This document shows positions 26,690-39,453 of a DNA stretch of 64,000 nucleotides, one piece after another. The notes under the pieces were generated by a model. It had not been told where the DNA came from. It worked only from the letters and a program-made list of their open reading frames with translations, and did not search any database. The position numbers were made by a program, and so were the translations under genes. The stretch covers positions 5,022,001 to 5,086,000 of the forward strand of contig NC_090340.1 of the NCBI RefSeq assembly GCF_035084215.1, given 5' to 3'. Source of the stretch: Heptranchias perlo (taxonomy: Eukaryota). Within the stretch, counting starts at the first letter, position 1. Each line of letters starts with the position of its first letter.

Positions 26690-28190
26690 TAGAATTTACA
26701 GCACAGAATCAGGCCATTCGTCCAAACAGGTCTGTGCCGTTATTTATGTTCCACACAAGCCTCTTCCCACCGTACTTCATCTAACCCTATCAGCACATCC
26801 TTCCATTCCTTTCTCCCTCATGTATTTATCTAGCTTCCCCTTAAATGCATCCATGCTATTTGCCTCAACTACTCCTTGTGGCAGCACTTTCCACTTTCTT
26901 ACCTCTCTTTGGGTAAAAAAGTTTCTCCTGCATTCCCTATTTGATTGATTAGCGACTATTTTATATTTATGACCTTTAGTTTTGGACTCCACCACAAATG
27001 AAAATGTTTTCTCTACGTCTACCCTAGCAAACCCTTTTATTATCTGAAAGACCTCGACCAGGTCACCCCTCAGTTTTGGTACATCATTGTTAATCTTTTT
27101 TTGTATACTCTCCAATGGCTCTATATCCTTTCTGTAATATGGAAACCATAACAGCGCACAGTGCTCAAGTGTGGTCTAGCTAAGGTTCTATACAATTTTG
27201 ACATCACCTCTCTGCTTTTCAATTCTACACCTTTAGAAATGAAGCCCGATGCTTGATATGCCATTTTATGGCCTTATTATCCTTTGTCACTTCCTTTAGA
27301 GATTTGTGAATCTGTACCCAGATCCCTTTGCTCCCTTATCCAATTTAGACTCCTATTATCCAAGCAGTACATAACCTTGTTATGCTTCCTACAAAAATAC
27401 TTCACTTCACACATCTTTTTTTCCAATTAATTTGCCAATTACACGCGCATTCTCCAATTTTAATAATGTCCTCTTCCATTTTGACATATACTCGCTTTGT
27501 ATTAACGACAACCCCCAATTTGCTGTCGTCCGCAAATTTTGAAATTATACTTCTGATTCCTGAATCCAAATCGTTAATATAAATTGTGAACAACAGCACC
27601 GATTTCTGTAGAACACCACTTCCCACCATTTCCCACTCTGGGTAGCTACTCACTGTTTTCTGTTTTCTACTCACCCCTACTCACTGTTTTCTGTTTTGTA
27701 GCCAAATTGCTTTCCATTCTGCTACCTGTCCCCGGACTCCATATGCTATGACCTCAGTCATGAGTCTAAAATGCAGTATCCTATCGAAGGCCTTTTGAAA
27801 ATGCAATATATATTATATCTACTGCGTTAAGCAGATGTACTAACATTTGTACAGATATTAAACAAAGGGGGTCCCAAAACAGATCCTTGTGGGGTCCCAT
27901 TGGTATCATTTTCCCTGGCTGATGACAACCCTTGTACCATCACCCTCTGGGTTCTATCGGTCAAGCAATTACAAATCCATTTTAACATATTTGGACTGAC
28001 TTCCACTTTCTTTATTTTCAGTACCAGCCTTTCCAGAGGAACTTACTGAAGGCCTTACTGAAGGCCTTACTGAAATCCAAAGGACTTACTGAAATCCAAG
28101 TATACCACATCCGCTGTCTTAATCTTATCAAGCTCGCCAGCCATGCCTTCAAATAAAACCAGTAAGATTGATTGGAAATACCTCCTCTTC
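26690..28190 (-). mobile_element. Old CR1 LINE RT fragments
   Basis: YINDLD..SKFADD and RRNFFTQR motifs on the minus strand. Confidence 0.8.
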
Positions 28191-29139
28191 ATGAACCATA
28201 TTGGTTCTTTTTAATGGTTTTATTTCTATCCAGAAGCTGCGAACCTGCCGTCCTTACCCAGTCTGGCCTACATGTGACTCCAATCCCATGCCAAAGTTGT
28301 TGGATCTTAACTGCCGTCTGAAATAGCCTAGCAAGCCCCTCGTTTGTAGCAAAAGAGGGCCCCACCACTTTCTCAGGGCAATTTGGAATGGGCAATAAAT
28401 GCTGGCCTTGTCAAAGTCACACAGTGAATTAAAAAAACACGGTTCATGATTTTGGGTAAATTTCCCACACTAACCTTGGATATCAGAGTCGATTTTCAAC
28501 TTGCTGTCCTGGCATAAATCTGGTGTTGCAAATCAGCGGCCTGTTATAAAACCGCCCAATTTTCATTTTGTTACATTAATGAAATAAATACAGTTTCTCT
28601 AACGGGCAGCCGATCTATTACAGGTTTATGTCTGGGCAGCAAGTTGAAACTCTATTCCCATAGGTAGAGAATTACTTACGATGTTTCAAAGCATGATAGA
28701 TACTTGGGAAGTAAGAGACATGGAGAAAGGACAATGATTTGGGACTAAAGAGATAAAGAGCTGTCATGGCACAGCAGCTCCAAGAGTCGAGTTCCTCGCA
28801 CCATTCTTATGTTCTAGAGTCTTTAGATCTTTTTAACTGTCCTGGTTTGATCATCTGTTGATCTTAAATTATATTTACAGCAAACCATTGCACTGAAGAG
28901 TTTACACAATGGCACACAATAAATCTCAACACAGAAAGAATTTATTTGGCAGGTTTAGGTTCCACCTAAACTGGGCATGCGTTCCCATGTCCAAATATTT
29001 ACAAACTTCTTGGAAATTTTAAATTCAAACATATAATTTACTTCAGTTATATTTGCTGATTTCCTTCATTCTTTCACTCCCTGTAACCATAGGGGTTTAC
29101 AGCACAGAAAGAGGCCATTCCGCCCATCGTGTCTGTTCA

Positions 29140-29636
29140 GGCACTTTGCTAGAGCAATCCAAAACTAATCTCACTGGCCTGCTCCATTCCCGTAGCCCTG
29201 TATCAATCCTAAACTAACCCCACTAACCCGCACCCTCCCCATAGCCCTGCATCAATCACAAACTAGTCCCACTGCCCAATTCTTTACGTTTAGCCCAATA
29301 TTGTTTCAAAATTAATTCCAATGAGACGCTCTCCCGATAGTTCTCCATCAACCCCAAGCTAATCCCAATGTTCCATCCTTTCCCCATAGCCCTATATCAA
29401 TCCAAAACTAACCCCAATGCCCCACTCTCTGCCCATAGTCGTGTATCAATCCAAAACTAATCACACTGTCCCCACTTTCCCCATAGCCATGTATCAATCC
29501 CATACTACTGCTGCTGCTCCGCTCTCACCCCTTAGCCCTGCATTAATTCAAAACTAATTCCACTGCCCTGCTCTCCCCTCATAGCCCCTGTCAATCCAAA
29601 ACTAACTCCACTGCATGGATCAATCCCCATAGCTCT
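29140..29636 (+). repeat. ~43-bp tandem repeat (ATCAATCCAAAACTAATCCCACTGCCC..CCCCATAGCCCTGT); resumes at 43081-43285
   Basis: About 11 diverged copies; the array is split by the LTR element. Confidence 0.85.
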
Positions 29637-30326
29637 TGTCACAGAGTTCTACCATCTCGTAACCTTCTCCATACGACAAACGATAATCCTTGACCAATTC
29701 GTAATTCAAAACACTTGTCTTTTAATTCACTCCACAAAAACATCAGACTGCAATACCTTTGGCAACGCCTAGTACACTTCCCAGTCCACGGTACCTTTGG
29801 CAACGCCTATTACACTATCAAAATCGCAGGCTTTTTCAGCTGTCTGAAGCTGCCTTGCAACTGCCCTCAACTGCCTTTTAGCTGATCAGCTTCTTTACAG
29901 GTCTCTGAGCCTAGGCCAGCCCCAGCTGCCTTCCAGCTTAATCTTTAGAGACTCTTTCCGCGACCGATGTGCACCGCTGGGACTGGAGTGCATCCTGGAT
30001 TGTTATAATAAAATTATTATTTGACACTTATTTTGGGTTTATTGATTTACTGCACATAAACACACCCTAAAAAAAAGAAAGAAAAGAAAACTAGACGAAC
30101 TTCAAAAAAAATCTTTAGAGACTCTGTTCAGGGGTGGACCCTTTACTTCTCTCCACATTTCCATTTATTCCGACCTGATTGGGAAGGTCTCCACCGACTC
30201 CAGCCATAATTCTTACTTAAAGGTGAAGTCTCGTAAAAGAGCTATATCCCTCCTCTTAGAAGGGAGGTCTCCTTAAAAGGGCCAAACCCTTATTCGGCAA
30301 TCAGGGTCATTAGTTACACTGCTACA
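29637..30326 (-). repeat. 3' LTR of the gene-capture element
   Basis: Colinear with 42477-43080; on minus it is preceded by the purine tract GGGGGGCGGGGGGATG (~30330-30345). Confidence 0.88.
29956..30110 (+). mobile_element. 5'-truncated Tx1/L1-like LINE end inside the LTR
   Basis: 15-bp TSD ATCTTTAGAGACTCT; FRDRCAPLGLECILD C-terminus; A-rich tail; a similar GGGACTGGAGTGCATC end lies at ~21580. Confidence 0.7.
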
Positions 30327-30864
30327 AATCATCCCCCCGCCCCCCAGCATAGATCCATTGGCTCTAGTGGCCTGCGTTGCGAAGCAGTACGCTCTGGAGA
30401 GGGCATGGAGTATTCTCCTGAGCCTTCCTGGCTCCATGCCCAATAATTGCCGTCTCAATCATTTCACCAAGCTCTAGCTGCTAATTTTCCATGCCCAATG
30501 GACATGTCCCTTCGGCTATTTCAAAGGCCTTTGACGCACCGTCCGAGTTTCCCATCTTTCCTTTTCATGCAGAATCCAGCATCTTCCTTTCACAAGGGTG
30601 CTCACTCCGGATTTTAGCCGTGGAAATTTCCTGCTCGTGTCTGTCGTCTTGTATTTCTGGTGTAACCATCTGTTTGTGGAAGGACATGATCCGACCTGAC
30701 GATAGCCTAATCTTTCAAGCCTTCTTCTCAGTAAAGGAGTATTCTTCATTTTGGCTCTTTCCAAGCTCAATTCATGTGGTCTCTTTTCCAATGCACTTTC
30801 GAAAGACTGCTGGTAGGTGTGTGTGTGTGTGTGGTGGGGGAGGGTCCCGGTGGAGTGAAATCTA

Positions 30865-33860
30865 GAACGCTAAAGAGAAAATACAAAGAAATAGTGCAGG
30901 AAAGTGACTGGGGTAAGGATAACCAGTTTGTGTCAGGAAGGGACAGAGCATACAATCAAAAGAGTGCACTAACAAATAGGGTCCGGATAAGGAAAAAATG
31001 CTAAGAAGACAAATAGGGCCACAGTACAAAAATAATGTTAAGATGTCTAAAAATAATAAGGTGGATGAATTAACAGAGCAAATAGATGTAAACGAATATG
31101 ATATAATTGCAAATACAGAGACATGGCGGCAGGGTGACCAAGGCTGGGAGCTGAATATCCAAGGGTATTCGATATTTCGGAAGGACAGGCAAAAAAGGAA
31201 AACAGGTGGGGCGGCATTGTTCGTTGAGGATGAAATCAGAGCTAAATGAGGAAGGATATTGGCTCAGAAAATCAAGATGTACAATCAGTCTGGGTGGAGT
31301 TAAGAATCACTAAGAGGCAGAAAACATTGGTGGGAGTTGTCTGTAGGCCTCCAAACAGTAATGTAGGGGACGACATCAAACAGGAAATTAGATATGCATG
31401 TAACAAGGCTATTACAGTAATCATGGGTGACTTTAATCTACATATAGACTGGCCAAACCAAATTAGCAATAATACTGTGGAGGATGAATTCCTGGAGTGT
31501 GCACAAGATGGTTTTTTAGACCAGTACGTTGAGAAGCCAACCAGGGAACAGGCTATCCTAGATTGGGTATTGTGCAATGAGAAGGGATTAATTAATAATC
31601 TTGTTGTGCAGGGTTCTTTAGGGAAGTGTAACCAAAATATGATAGAATTCTTCAGTAAGATGGAAAGTGAAGTAGTCCAATCCGAAACTAGGGTCCTAAA
31701 TCTAAACAAAGGAAACTACGAAGGTATGAGGAGTGAGTTGGCTATGGAAGATTGGGAAGCTTCATTAAAAGGCATGACGGTGGATAGAAAATGGCTAACG
31801 TTTAAGGAACGAATGTATGAATTGCACCAATTATACATTCCTTTCTGGCACACAAACACAAAAGGAAAAGCGGCCTAAAATTGGCTAACAAAATAAATTA
31901 AGGATAGTATTAGATCCAAAAAGGAGTCATATAAAGTTGTCAGAAAAAGTAGCAAGCCTGAGGATTGGGAACAGTTTAGAGTTCAGCAAAAAAGGACCAA
32001 GAGATTGATTAAGAGGGGAAAAACAGAGCATGAGAGTAAACTTGCAAGGAACATAAAAGCGGATTGTAAAAGCTTCTACAAGTATGTGAAAAGAAGAAAA
32101 AAAGATTAGTGAAGACAAATGTAGGTCACTTACAGTCAAAAACGGGAGAATTTACAATGGGGAACAAGGAAATGGCAGAGCAATTAAACAAATACTTTGG
32201 TTCTGACTTCACGGAAGAGGACACAAATAACTTCCCAGAAATGCTAGGGAACCAAGGGACTAGTGAGAAGGAGGAATTAAAAGAAATTACTATTAGCAAA
32301 AAATAGTGCTGGAGAAATTAATGGGACTGAAAGCCAATAAATCCCGAGGTCCTGATAATCTGCATCCCAGAGTACTAAAAGAGGTAGCCATGGAAATAGT
32401 GGATGCATTGGTTGTCATCTTCCAAAATTCTGTAGTTTATCGTACAGTTCCTACAGATTGGAGGGTGGCAAATGTAACCCCACTATTTAAAAATGGAGAG
32501 AGAGAGAAAACAAGGAACCACAGACCGGTTAGCCTAACATCAGTAGTAGGGAAAAATGCTAGAGTCGATTACAAAGGATATGATAATACGGCACTTAGAG
32601 AATATCAAAGGGATTAGACAATTTATGAAAGTGAAGTCATGTTTGACAAACCTAATGGAGTTTTTGTGGATGTAACTGGTAGAATAGATAAGGGAGAACC
32701 AGTGGATGTGGTTTATTTGGATTTTCAGAAGGCCTTTGATGAAGTCCCACATAAGAGATTAGTGTGCAAAATTAAAGCACATGGGATTGGTGGTAATATA
32801 ATGGCATGGATTGAAAATTGGTTAACAGGCAGGAAACAGTGAGTAGGAATAAATGGGTCTTTTTCGGGATGGCAGGCAGTGACTAGTGGGGTATCGCAGG
32901 GATCAGTGCTTGGGCCCCAGATATTTCACAATATTAATCAATGATTTGGATGAGGGAACCAAATGTAATATTTCCAAGTTTGCTGACGACAAAAAATATG
33001 TGGAATCATGACTTCTGAGGAAGATGCAATGAGACTTCTAGGTAATTTAGACAAGTTGAGTGAGTGGGCAAATACATGGCAGATGCAGTAAATGTGAATT
33101 TATCCACCTCGGAAGGAAAAAGAGAAAGGCAGCCTATTATTTAAATGGTGATAGATTGGGAAATGTCGTTGTACACCAGTCACTGAAAGCAAACATGCAG
33201 GTGCAGCAAGCAGTTAGGAAGGCAAATGATATGCTGGCCTTCATTGCAAGAGGATTTGAGCATAGGAGCAAGGATGTCTTACTGCAGTTATACAGGGCCT
33301 TGTTGAGACCACATCTGGAGTATTGTGTGCAATTTTGGTCTCCTTATCGAAGAAAGTATATACTTGCCACAGAGTGAGTGCACGGAAGGTTCACCAGACT
33401 GATTCGTGGGATGGCAGGACTGTCCTATGAGGAGAGAATGGGTCGAGTCGGACTGTATTCACTAGAGTTTCGAAGAATGAGAGGGAACCTCATTGAAACA
33501 TATAAAAATCTGACAGGGCTAGACAGCCTGGCTGCAGGGAGGTTTTTCCCCTGGCTGCGGGCGTCCAGAAGAAGGGGTCACAGTCTAAGGATAGGGGGTC
33601 GGACATTTAGGACTGAGATGAGGAGAAATTTCTTCACTCAGAGGGTGAGAAAGCTGTGGAATTCTCTACCACGTGAGGCTGTGGTGGCCAAGTCACTCAA
33701 TATATTTAAGAAGGAGCTAGATAGATTTCAAGACACAAAGGCATCAAGGGGTATGGGGAGAAAGCGGAAATATGATAGAGGATCAGCCATGATCATATTG
33801 AATGGTGGATCAGGCTCGAAGGGCCGAATGGCCTACTCCTATTTTCTATGTTTACATATC
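30865..33860 (+). mobile_element. Decayed CR1 LINE ORF2 (EN + RT) nested in the LTR element
   Basis: VIMGDFNL, GPDNLHPRVLKE, VYLDFQKAFD, RPHLEYCVQFW. Confidence 0.93.
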
Positions 33861-36800
33861 CCATCATAAACAGGCTCATCCAATGGACCACCAAAGATAG
33901 GCGCATGGGAAGGAGTATCCAATTGCTTCCTGGTCTGGAGCGGATTTCTTTTTCTCTTTCCAGTGCTTAACAACCTCTTTTCCTGTTATATCTTTGGACT
34001 TTTCCTCCAATCCTTTCCCCATGTATCCCTTTGACATCGGGGTCTATAGATGTGGAACTCTCCTGCACACACTGCATTCGATCCCATAAGATCGTGAACA
34101 AATCCTGGTGGTGGCCAAGGATCATATTCTTTGGATTTCTCAGAGATTGGAACTTGTTTCTCGGAGTTTCTCATTAACTGCCCCAGCTCCTGCTGCTGCT
34201 CCTCGGCCACACTGCGCAGGATGATGAGCAACTGCGTCGACTTTTCCGACAGTGAGCTGATGGTTTACATTCTCCATTTTGCAGTAAAAACTCTTCACTC
34301 CACATGATTCCAGCGGTTTGCGCCTGCCCATCAATTTGGTCCATCTGACTCTTCTGCGGGTTTTTCCCTTGCTCTTTATTCCTATTCCCCCAGAGGAATC
34401 CCTGTTCTCGTGGTCCTTACTTGGCCTCTGGAGTGCTGATTTTACTTGGCACCCTTCAATTCACGATTTAATGGAGGCCCAATCTCCATGGTTTGCACTC
34501 TTGGGTCAACTACTTCAACACCTATTCCCAAAGACTAATTTCTCTCCACCAATTTCTTTGATTTTGCGTTCAGCCAACCCACCTTCAAACTGCTCCACTC
34601 TGGAACTCTGCAGCTTTTGCACATCAAGAGAAGAGCCGTTTTCATTGACCACAAGATGAATCTCTGACAAGCTACCAGCTGTAGCTTCAATGGCAGCCTT
34701 TGTAATAGCAGCTGTAGCTTCTCAAGGGCAATTCGGGATGGGCAATAAATGCCGGCCTCGCCAGCGACGCCCACATCCCATGAACGAATAGAAGATCACC
34801 GGTCCATGCACAGCGCCTGCATTAGGCTTAGCGGGTTGTAGAACCTAATGTACAGCAGTTAATTCTGGAATCTCTATCTCCATAGATAATACAAACTCTG
34901 CAATAAATTAATGGAGTATTTAAATTTAGTTAATTAAAATAAAATCTGTAATGAAAAGCTAGTATCAGTAATGGTGACCATGAAACTACCGGATGTTGTA
35001 AAAACCCATCTGGTTCACTAATGTCCTTTATGGAAGGAAACCTGCCGTTCTTGCCCAGTCTGGCCAATATGTGACAACTGACCCACAGCAAAGTGATTGA
35101 TTCTTAACTGCCCTCTGAAATGGCCTAGAAAGCCACAATGTTGTACAGTCCTGCTACAAAAAGACATAAGAATAAAACCAAACAGAACATGCTGCAACGG
35201 ACCACTAAGCACCGGACAGAACAAAGGCTAACCCAGCCCAGTCGACCCTGCAATGTCCTCCTCATTAAAATCTGGGGACTTGTGCCAACATTGGGAGAGC
35301 TGTCCCACAAAATAGTCAAGTAACAGCCTGACGTAGCCATACTCACAGAACCATAACTTTCAGCCAAAGTCCCAGACTCCTCCATCACCAACGCTGGGTA
35401 TGTCCTGACCCACCGGCAGGACAGACCCACCAGGGCTGGTGGCACAGTGATATACAGTCAGAAGGGAGTGGTCCTGGGAGTCTTCAGCATGGACTCAGGA
35501 CCCCATGAAGTCTCATGGCATCAGTTCAAACATGGGCTCGGAAAATCTCGTGCACATCACCACCTACCAACCTCCCTCAGCTGATGAATTAGTCCTCTTC
35601 CATGTTGAGCACCACTTGGAGGAAGCACTGAGGGTAGCAATGACAGAATGTATTCTGGGTGGGGGACTTCAATATTTATCATCAAGAATGGCTCGGTAGC
35701 ACCAATACTGACCGAGCTAGCAGAGACCTGAAGGACATAGCTGCCAGACTGGGCCTACGGCAGGTGTTGAGAGAAACAACACGAAGGAAAAACCTAGTTG
35801 ACCTCGTCCTCACCAATCTATCTGTCACAGATGCATTTTTCCATGACATTATTGGTAGGATAGACCAACGTACAGTCCTTGTGGAGACGAATTCCCGAAT
35901 TCACATTGAGAACACAATTCATCGTGTTGTGTGGCACGACAACCGTGCTAAATGGGATAGATGCAAAACGGAATAAGCAGCTCAAAACTGGGCATCCATG
36001 AGGCGCTGTGGGCCATCAGAAGCAGCAAAATTGTATTCCACCACAATGTGTAACCTCATGGCAGGACATATATCACATACTACCATTACCAGCAAGCCAG
36101 GGGTTCAACCCTGGTTCAATAAGCAGTGTCGACGAGCATGCCAGGAGCAGCACCAGGCATACCAAAAAATGAGGTAACAACATGGTGAAATTACAACGCA
36201 GGATTACATGCATGCTAAACAACAGAAGCAGCATGCTAGAGACAGAGCTAAGCAATCCCACAATCAACGCATCAGATCAAAGCTCTGAAGTCCTGTCACA
36301 TCCAGTCGTGAATAGTAGTTGACAATTAAGCAACTAACGGGAGGAGGCGGGTCAGTGAGAAGCCCCATCCTCAATGATGGCAGACCGAGCACATGAGTGC
36401 AAAAGTCAAGCCTCAAGTGTTTGCAACCTCTCCAGCCACAAGTGCTGAGTGGATGATCCATCTTGGCCTCCTCCCGAGATCCCCACCATCACAGAAGCCA
36501 ATCTTCAGCCAATTTGATTCACTCCACGTGATATCAAGAAACGGTTGAGTGCTCAGGGTACAGCAAAGGCTACGGGCCCCAACATCACGGCTGTAGTGCT
36601 GAAGACCTGTGCGCCAGAACTAGCCGCACCTCTAGCCAAGCTATTCCAGTACAGATACAAAACTGGCATCTGTCCAATAAAGTGGAAAATTGCCCAAGTA
36701 TGTCCGGTACACACAAAGCAGGACAATTCAAATCCGACCAATTACCGTCCCATTAGTCGACTCTCAATCATCAGCAAAGTGATGGAACGTGTCGACAGTG

Positions 36801-37474
36801 CTATCAAGCTGCACTTACTCACTAATAACCTGCTCACCGATGCTCAGTTTGGGTTCCGCTAGGACCACTCGGCTCCAGACCTCATTACACCCTTGCCCCA
36901 AACATGGGCAAGGGCTGACTTTCAGAGGTGAATTGAGAGTTTCTGACCTTGACATCAGTGCAACATTTGACCAAGTGTGGTATCAAGGAGCCCTAGTAAA
37001 ATTGAATCAATAGGTATCAGGGGGAAAGCTTTCCATTGGCTGGAGTCAGACCTAGCACAAAGGAAAATGGTAGTGGCTGTTGGAGTCCAATCATCTCAGC
37101 CCCAGCACATTGCTGCAGGAGTTCCTCAGTGCAATGTACTAGGCCCAACCATCTTCAACTGCTTCATCGATAAACTGCCCTCCAAGCTAAGGTCAGAAAT
37201 GGGGATGTTTGCTGATGATTGCACAGTCTTCAGTTCCATTCACAACCCCTCAGATAATGAAGCAGTCCGTGCCTGCAAGCAGCAAGACCTGGACAACATC
37301 TAGGTTTGGACTGATGTGTGAAGCAAATGTTACTTGGCACTTAAATGCCAGGCAATGACCATCTCCAATAATGTATAGATGCCGGTGATGGACTGGTGTG
37401 TTCTTTGGTCGGATCTGCGGGTAACCGTCTGTAGTGTTCCTGGTTGTCCAGTTGTCGGTATGCTTCTTGAAGAC

Positions 37475-39181
37475 ACCCACCAGCTCAACCAACTGATCAA
37501 GACCTTCGATCCAGACCTTCAAAGCATCCTACGCACTCTCATCCCACGTACTCCCCGCGTGGGAGACTTCTACTGCCTCCCAAAGATACACAAAGCCAAC
37601 ACACCCGGACGTCCTATCGTATCAGGCAACGGAACCCTGTGTGAGAACCTCTCTGGATACATCGAGGGCATCCTGAAACCCATCGTACAGGGAACCCCCA
37701 GCTTCTGTCGCGACACTACAGACTTCCTACAAAAACTCAGTACCCACGGACCAGTTGAACCAGGAACACTTCTCACCACGATGGACGTCTCGGCACTACA
37801 CACCAGTATCCCCCACGATGACGGCATCGCTGCGACAGCATCAATACCCAACACCAATAACAGCCAATCTCCGGACGCCATCCTACAACTCATCCGCTTC
37901 ATCCTGGATCACAATGTCTTCACCTTCGATAACCAGTTCTTTACCCAAACACACGGAACAGCCATGGGGACCAAATTCGCACCCCAATACGCCAACACTT
38001 TCATGCACAAGTTCGAGCAGGACTTCTTCACTGCACAAGACCTCCAACCAACACTATACACCAGATACATCGACGACATTTTCTTTCTATGGACCCACGG
38101 CAAGGAATCACTAAAGAGACTACACGATAACATCAACAAGTTCCATCCCACCATCAAGCTCACCATGGACTACTCCTCAGAATCAGTTTCTTTCTTGGAC
38201 ACACGAATCTCCATCAAAGACGGGCACCTCAGCACCTCACTCTACCGCAAGCCCACGGACAACCTCACGATGCTCCACTTTTCCAGCTTCCACCCTAACC
38301 ACGTCAAAGAGGCCATCCCCTATGGACAGGCCCTGCGAATACACAGGGTCTGCTCAGACGAGGAGGAACGCGATGGACACCTACAGACGCTGAAAGACGC
38401 CCTAGTAAGAACGGGATATGACGCTCGACTCATCGATCGACAGTTCCGACGGGCCACAGCAAAAAATCGCATAGACCTCCTCAGGAGACTAACACGGGAC
38501 GCAACCAACAGAGTACCCTTTGTCGTCCAGTACTTCCCCGGAGCGGAGAAACTACGCCATGTTCTCCGCAGCCTTCAACATGTCATCAATGAGGACAAAC
38601 ACCTCGCTATGGCCATCCCCACACCTCCACTACTCGCCTTTAAACAGCCACCCAACCTCAAACAGACCATCGTTCGCAGCAAATTACCTAGCTTTCAAGA
38701 GAACAGCGTCCACGACACCACACAACCCTGCCACGGTAACCTCTGCAAGACGTGCCAGATCATCGACACAGATACCACCATCACACGAGAGGACACCACC
38801 CACCAGGTGCACGGTTCATACTCCTGTGACTCGGCCAACGTTGTCTACCTCATACGTTGCAGGAAAGGATGCCCCAGAGCATGGTACATTGGCGAGACCA
38901 TGCAGACGCTGCGACAACGGATGAACGGACACCGGACAACAATCGCCAAACAGGAGGGTTCCCTCCCAGTCTTGGAACACTTCAGCAGTCATGGACATTC
39001 ATCCACCGACCTTCGGGTAAGCGTACTCCAAGGCGGCCTTCGAGACACACGACAACGCAAAATCGTCGAGCAGAAATTGATAGCCAAGTTCCGCACCCAT
39101 GAGGACGGCCTCAACCGGGATCTTGGGTTCATGTCACGCTACACGTTACCCCACCAGCGAACAAATGTTATCTGTTTTTAA
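37475..39181 (+). CDS. Penelope RT + GIY-YIG endonuclease (N-terminally truncated, otherwise uninterrupted)
   Basis: FYCLPKIHK, GRPIVS, GTAMGT, RYIDDIF, VVYLIRC...WYIGET...RMNGHR. Confidence 0.92.
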   Translation, partial: THQLNQLIKTFDPDLQSILRTLIPRTPRVGDFYCLPKIHKANTPGRPIVSGNGTLCENLSGYIEGILKPIVQGTPSFCRDTTDFLQKLSTHGPVEPGTLLTTMDVSALHTSIPHDDGIAATASIPNTNNSQSPDAILQLIRFILDHNVFTFDNQFFTQTHGTAMGTKFAPQYANTFMHKFEQDFFTAQDLQPTLYTRYIDDIFFLWTHGKESLKRLHDNINKFHPTIKLTMDYSSESVSFLDTRISIKDGHLSTSLYRKPTDNLTMLHFSSFHPNHVKEAIPYGQALRIHRVCSDEEERDGHLQTLKDALVRTGYDARLIDRQFRRATAKNRIDLLRRLTRDATNRVPFVVQYFPGAEKLRHVLRSLQHVINEDKHLAMAIPTPPLLAFKQPPNLKQTIVRSKLPSFQENSVHDTTQPCHGNLCKTCQIIDTDTTITREDTTHQVHGSYSCDSANVVYLIRCRKGCPRAWYIGETMQTLRQRMNGHRTTIAKQEGSLPVLEHFSSHGHSSTDLRVSVLQGGLRDTRQRKIVEQKLIAKFRTHEDGLNRDLGFMSRYTLPHQRTNVICF

Positions 39182-39414
39182 TATAACGGGTCAGTTGCTG
39201 TCTTTTCTATGTTTCTACCTCTCTATCTCTGTTTTTTTTTGTTTGTTGTTTTTTTTTGGTGATTTGTATATTCTGAGACCTGGCAGGTAACACCTGTCTG
39301 TCTGCACACTGATTGCCTTGGCAACGGGCAGTTGAAAAAACTGTCTGTAATCACCAAGCATTGTTCTGTGAATTATAAATGCGATTTCATTTCGAGGATT
39401 TCATTTTCACATCG

Positions 39415-39453
39415 TTCACCTGACGAAGGAGGAAGCCTCCGAAAGCTTGTGAA
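39415..39453 (+). ncRNA. Minimal type I hammerhead ribozyme in the Penelope pLTR
   Basis: TTCAC-CTGACGA-A-GGAGG-AAG-CCTCC-GAAA-GCT-T-GTGAA: helix I TTCAC/GTGAA, CUGANGA and GAAA cores, palindromic AGCT helix III. Confidence 0.8.

Noticed and set aside
29140-29636. Regularly spaced repeats resembling a CRISPR array (also 43405-43715 and 42585-42745)
   Set aside because: They are head-to-tail diverged tandem repeats with no unique spacers and no cas genes, in a vertebrate context.
37570-38998. Multiple antisense and alternative-frame ORFs over Penelope and other LINEs
   Set aside because: These are shadow ORFs of the real transposon reading frames.
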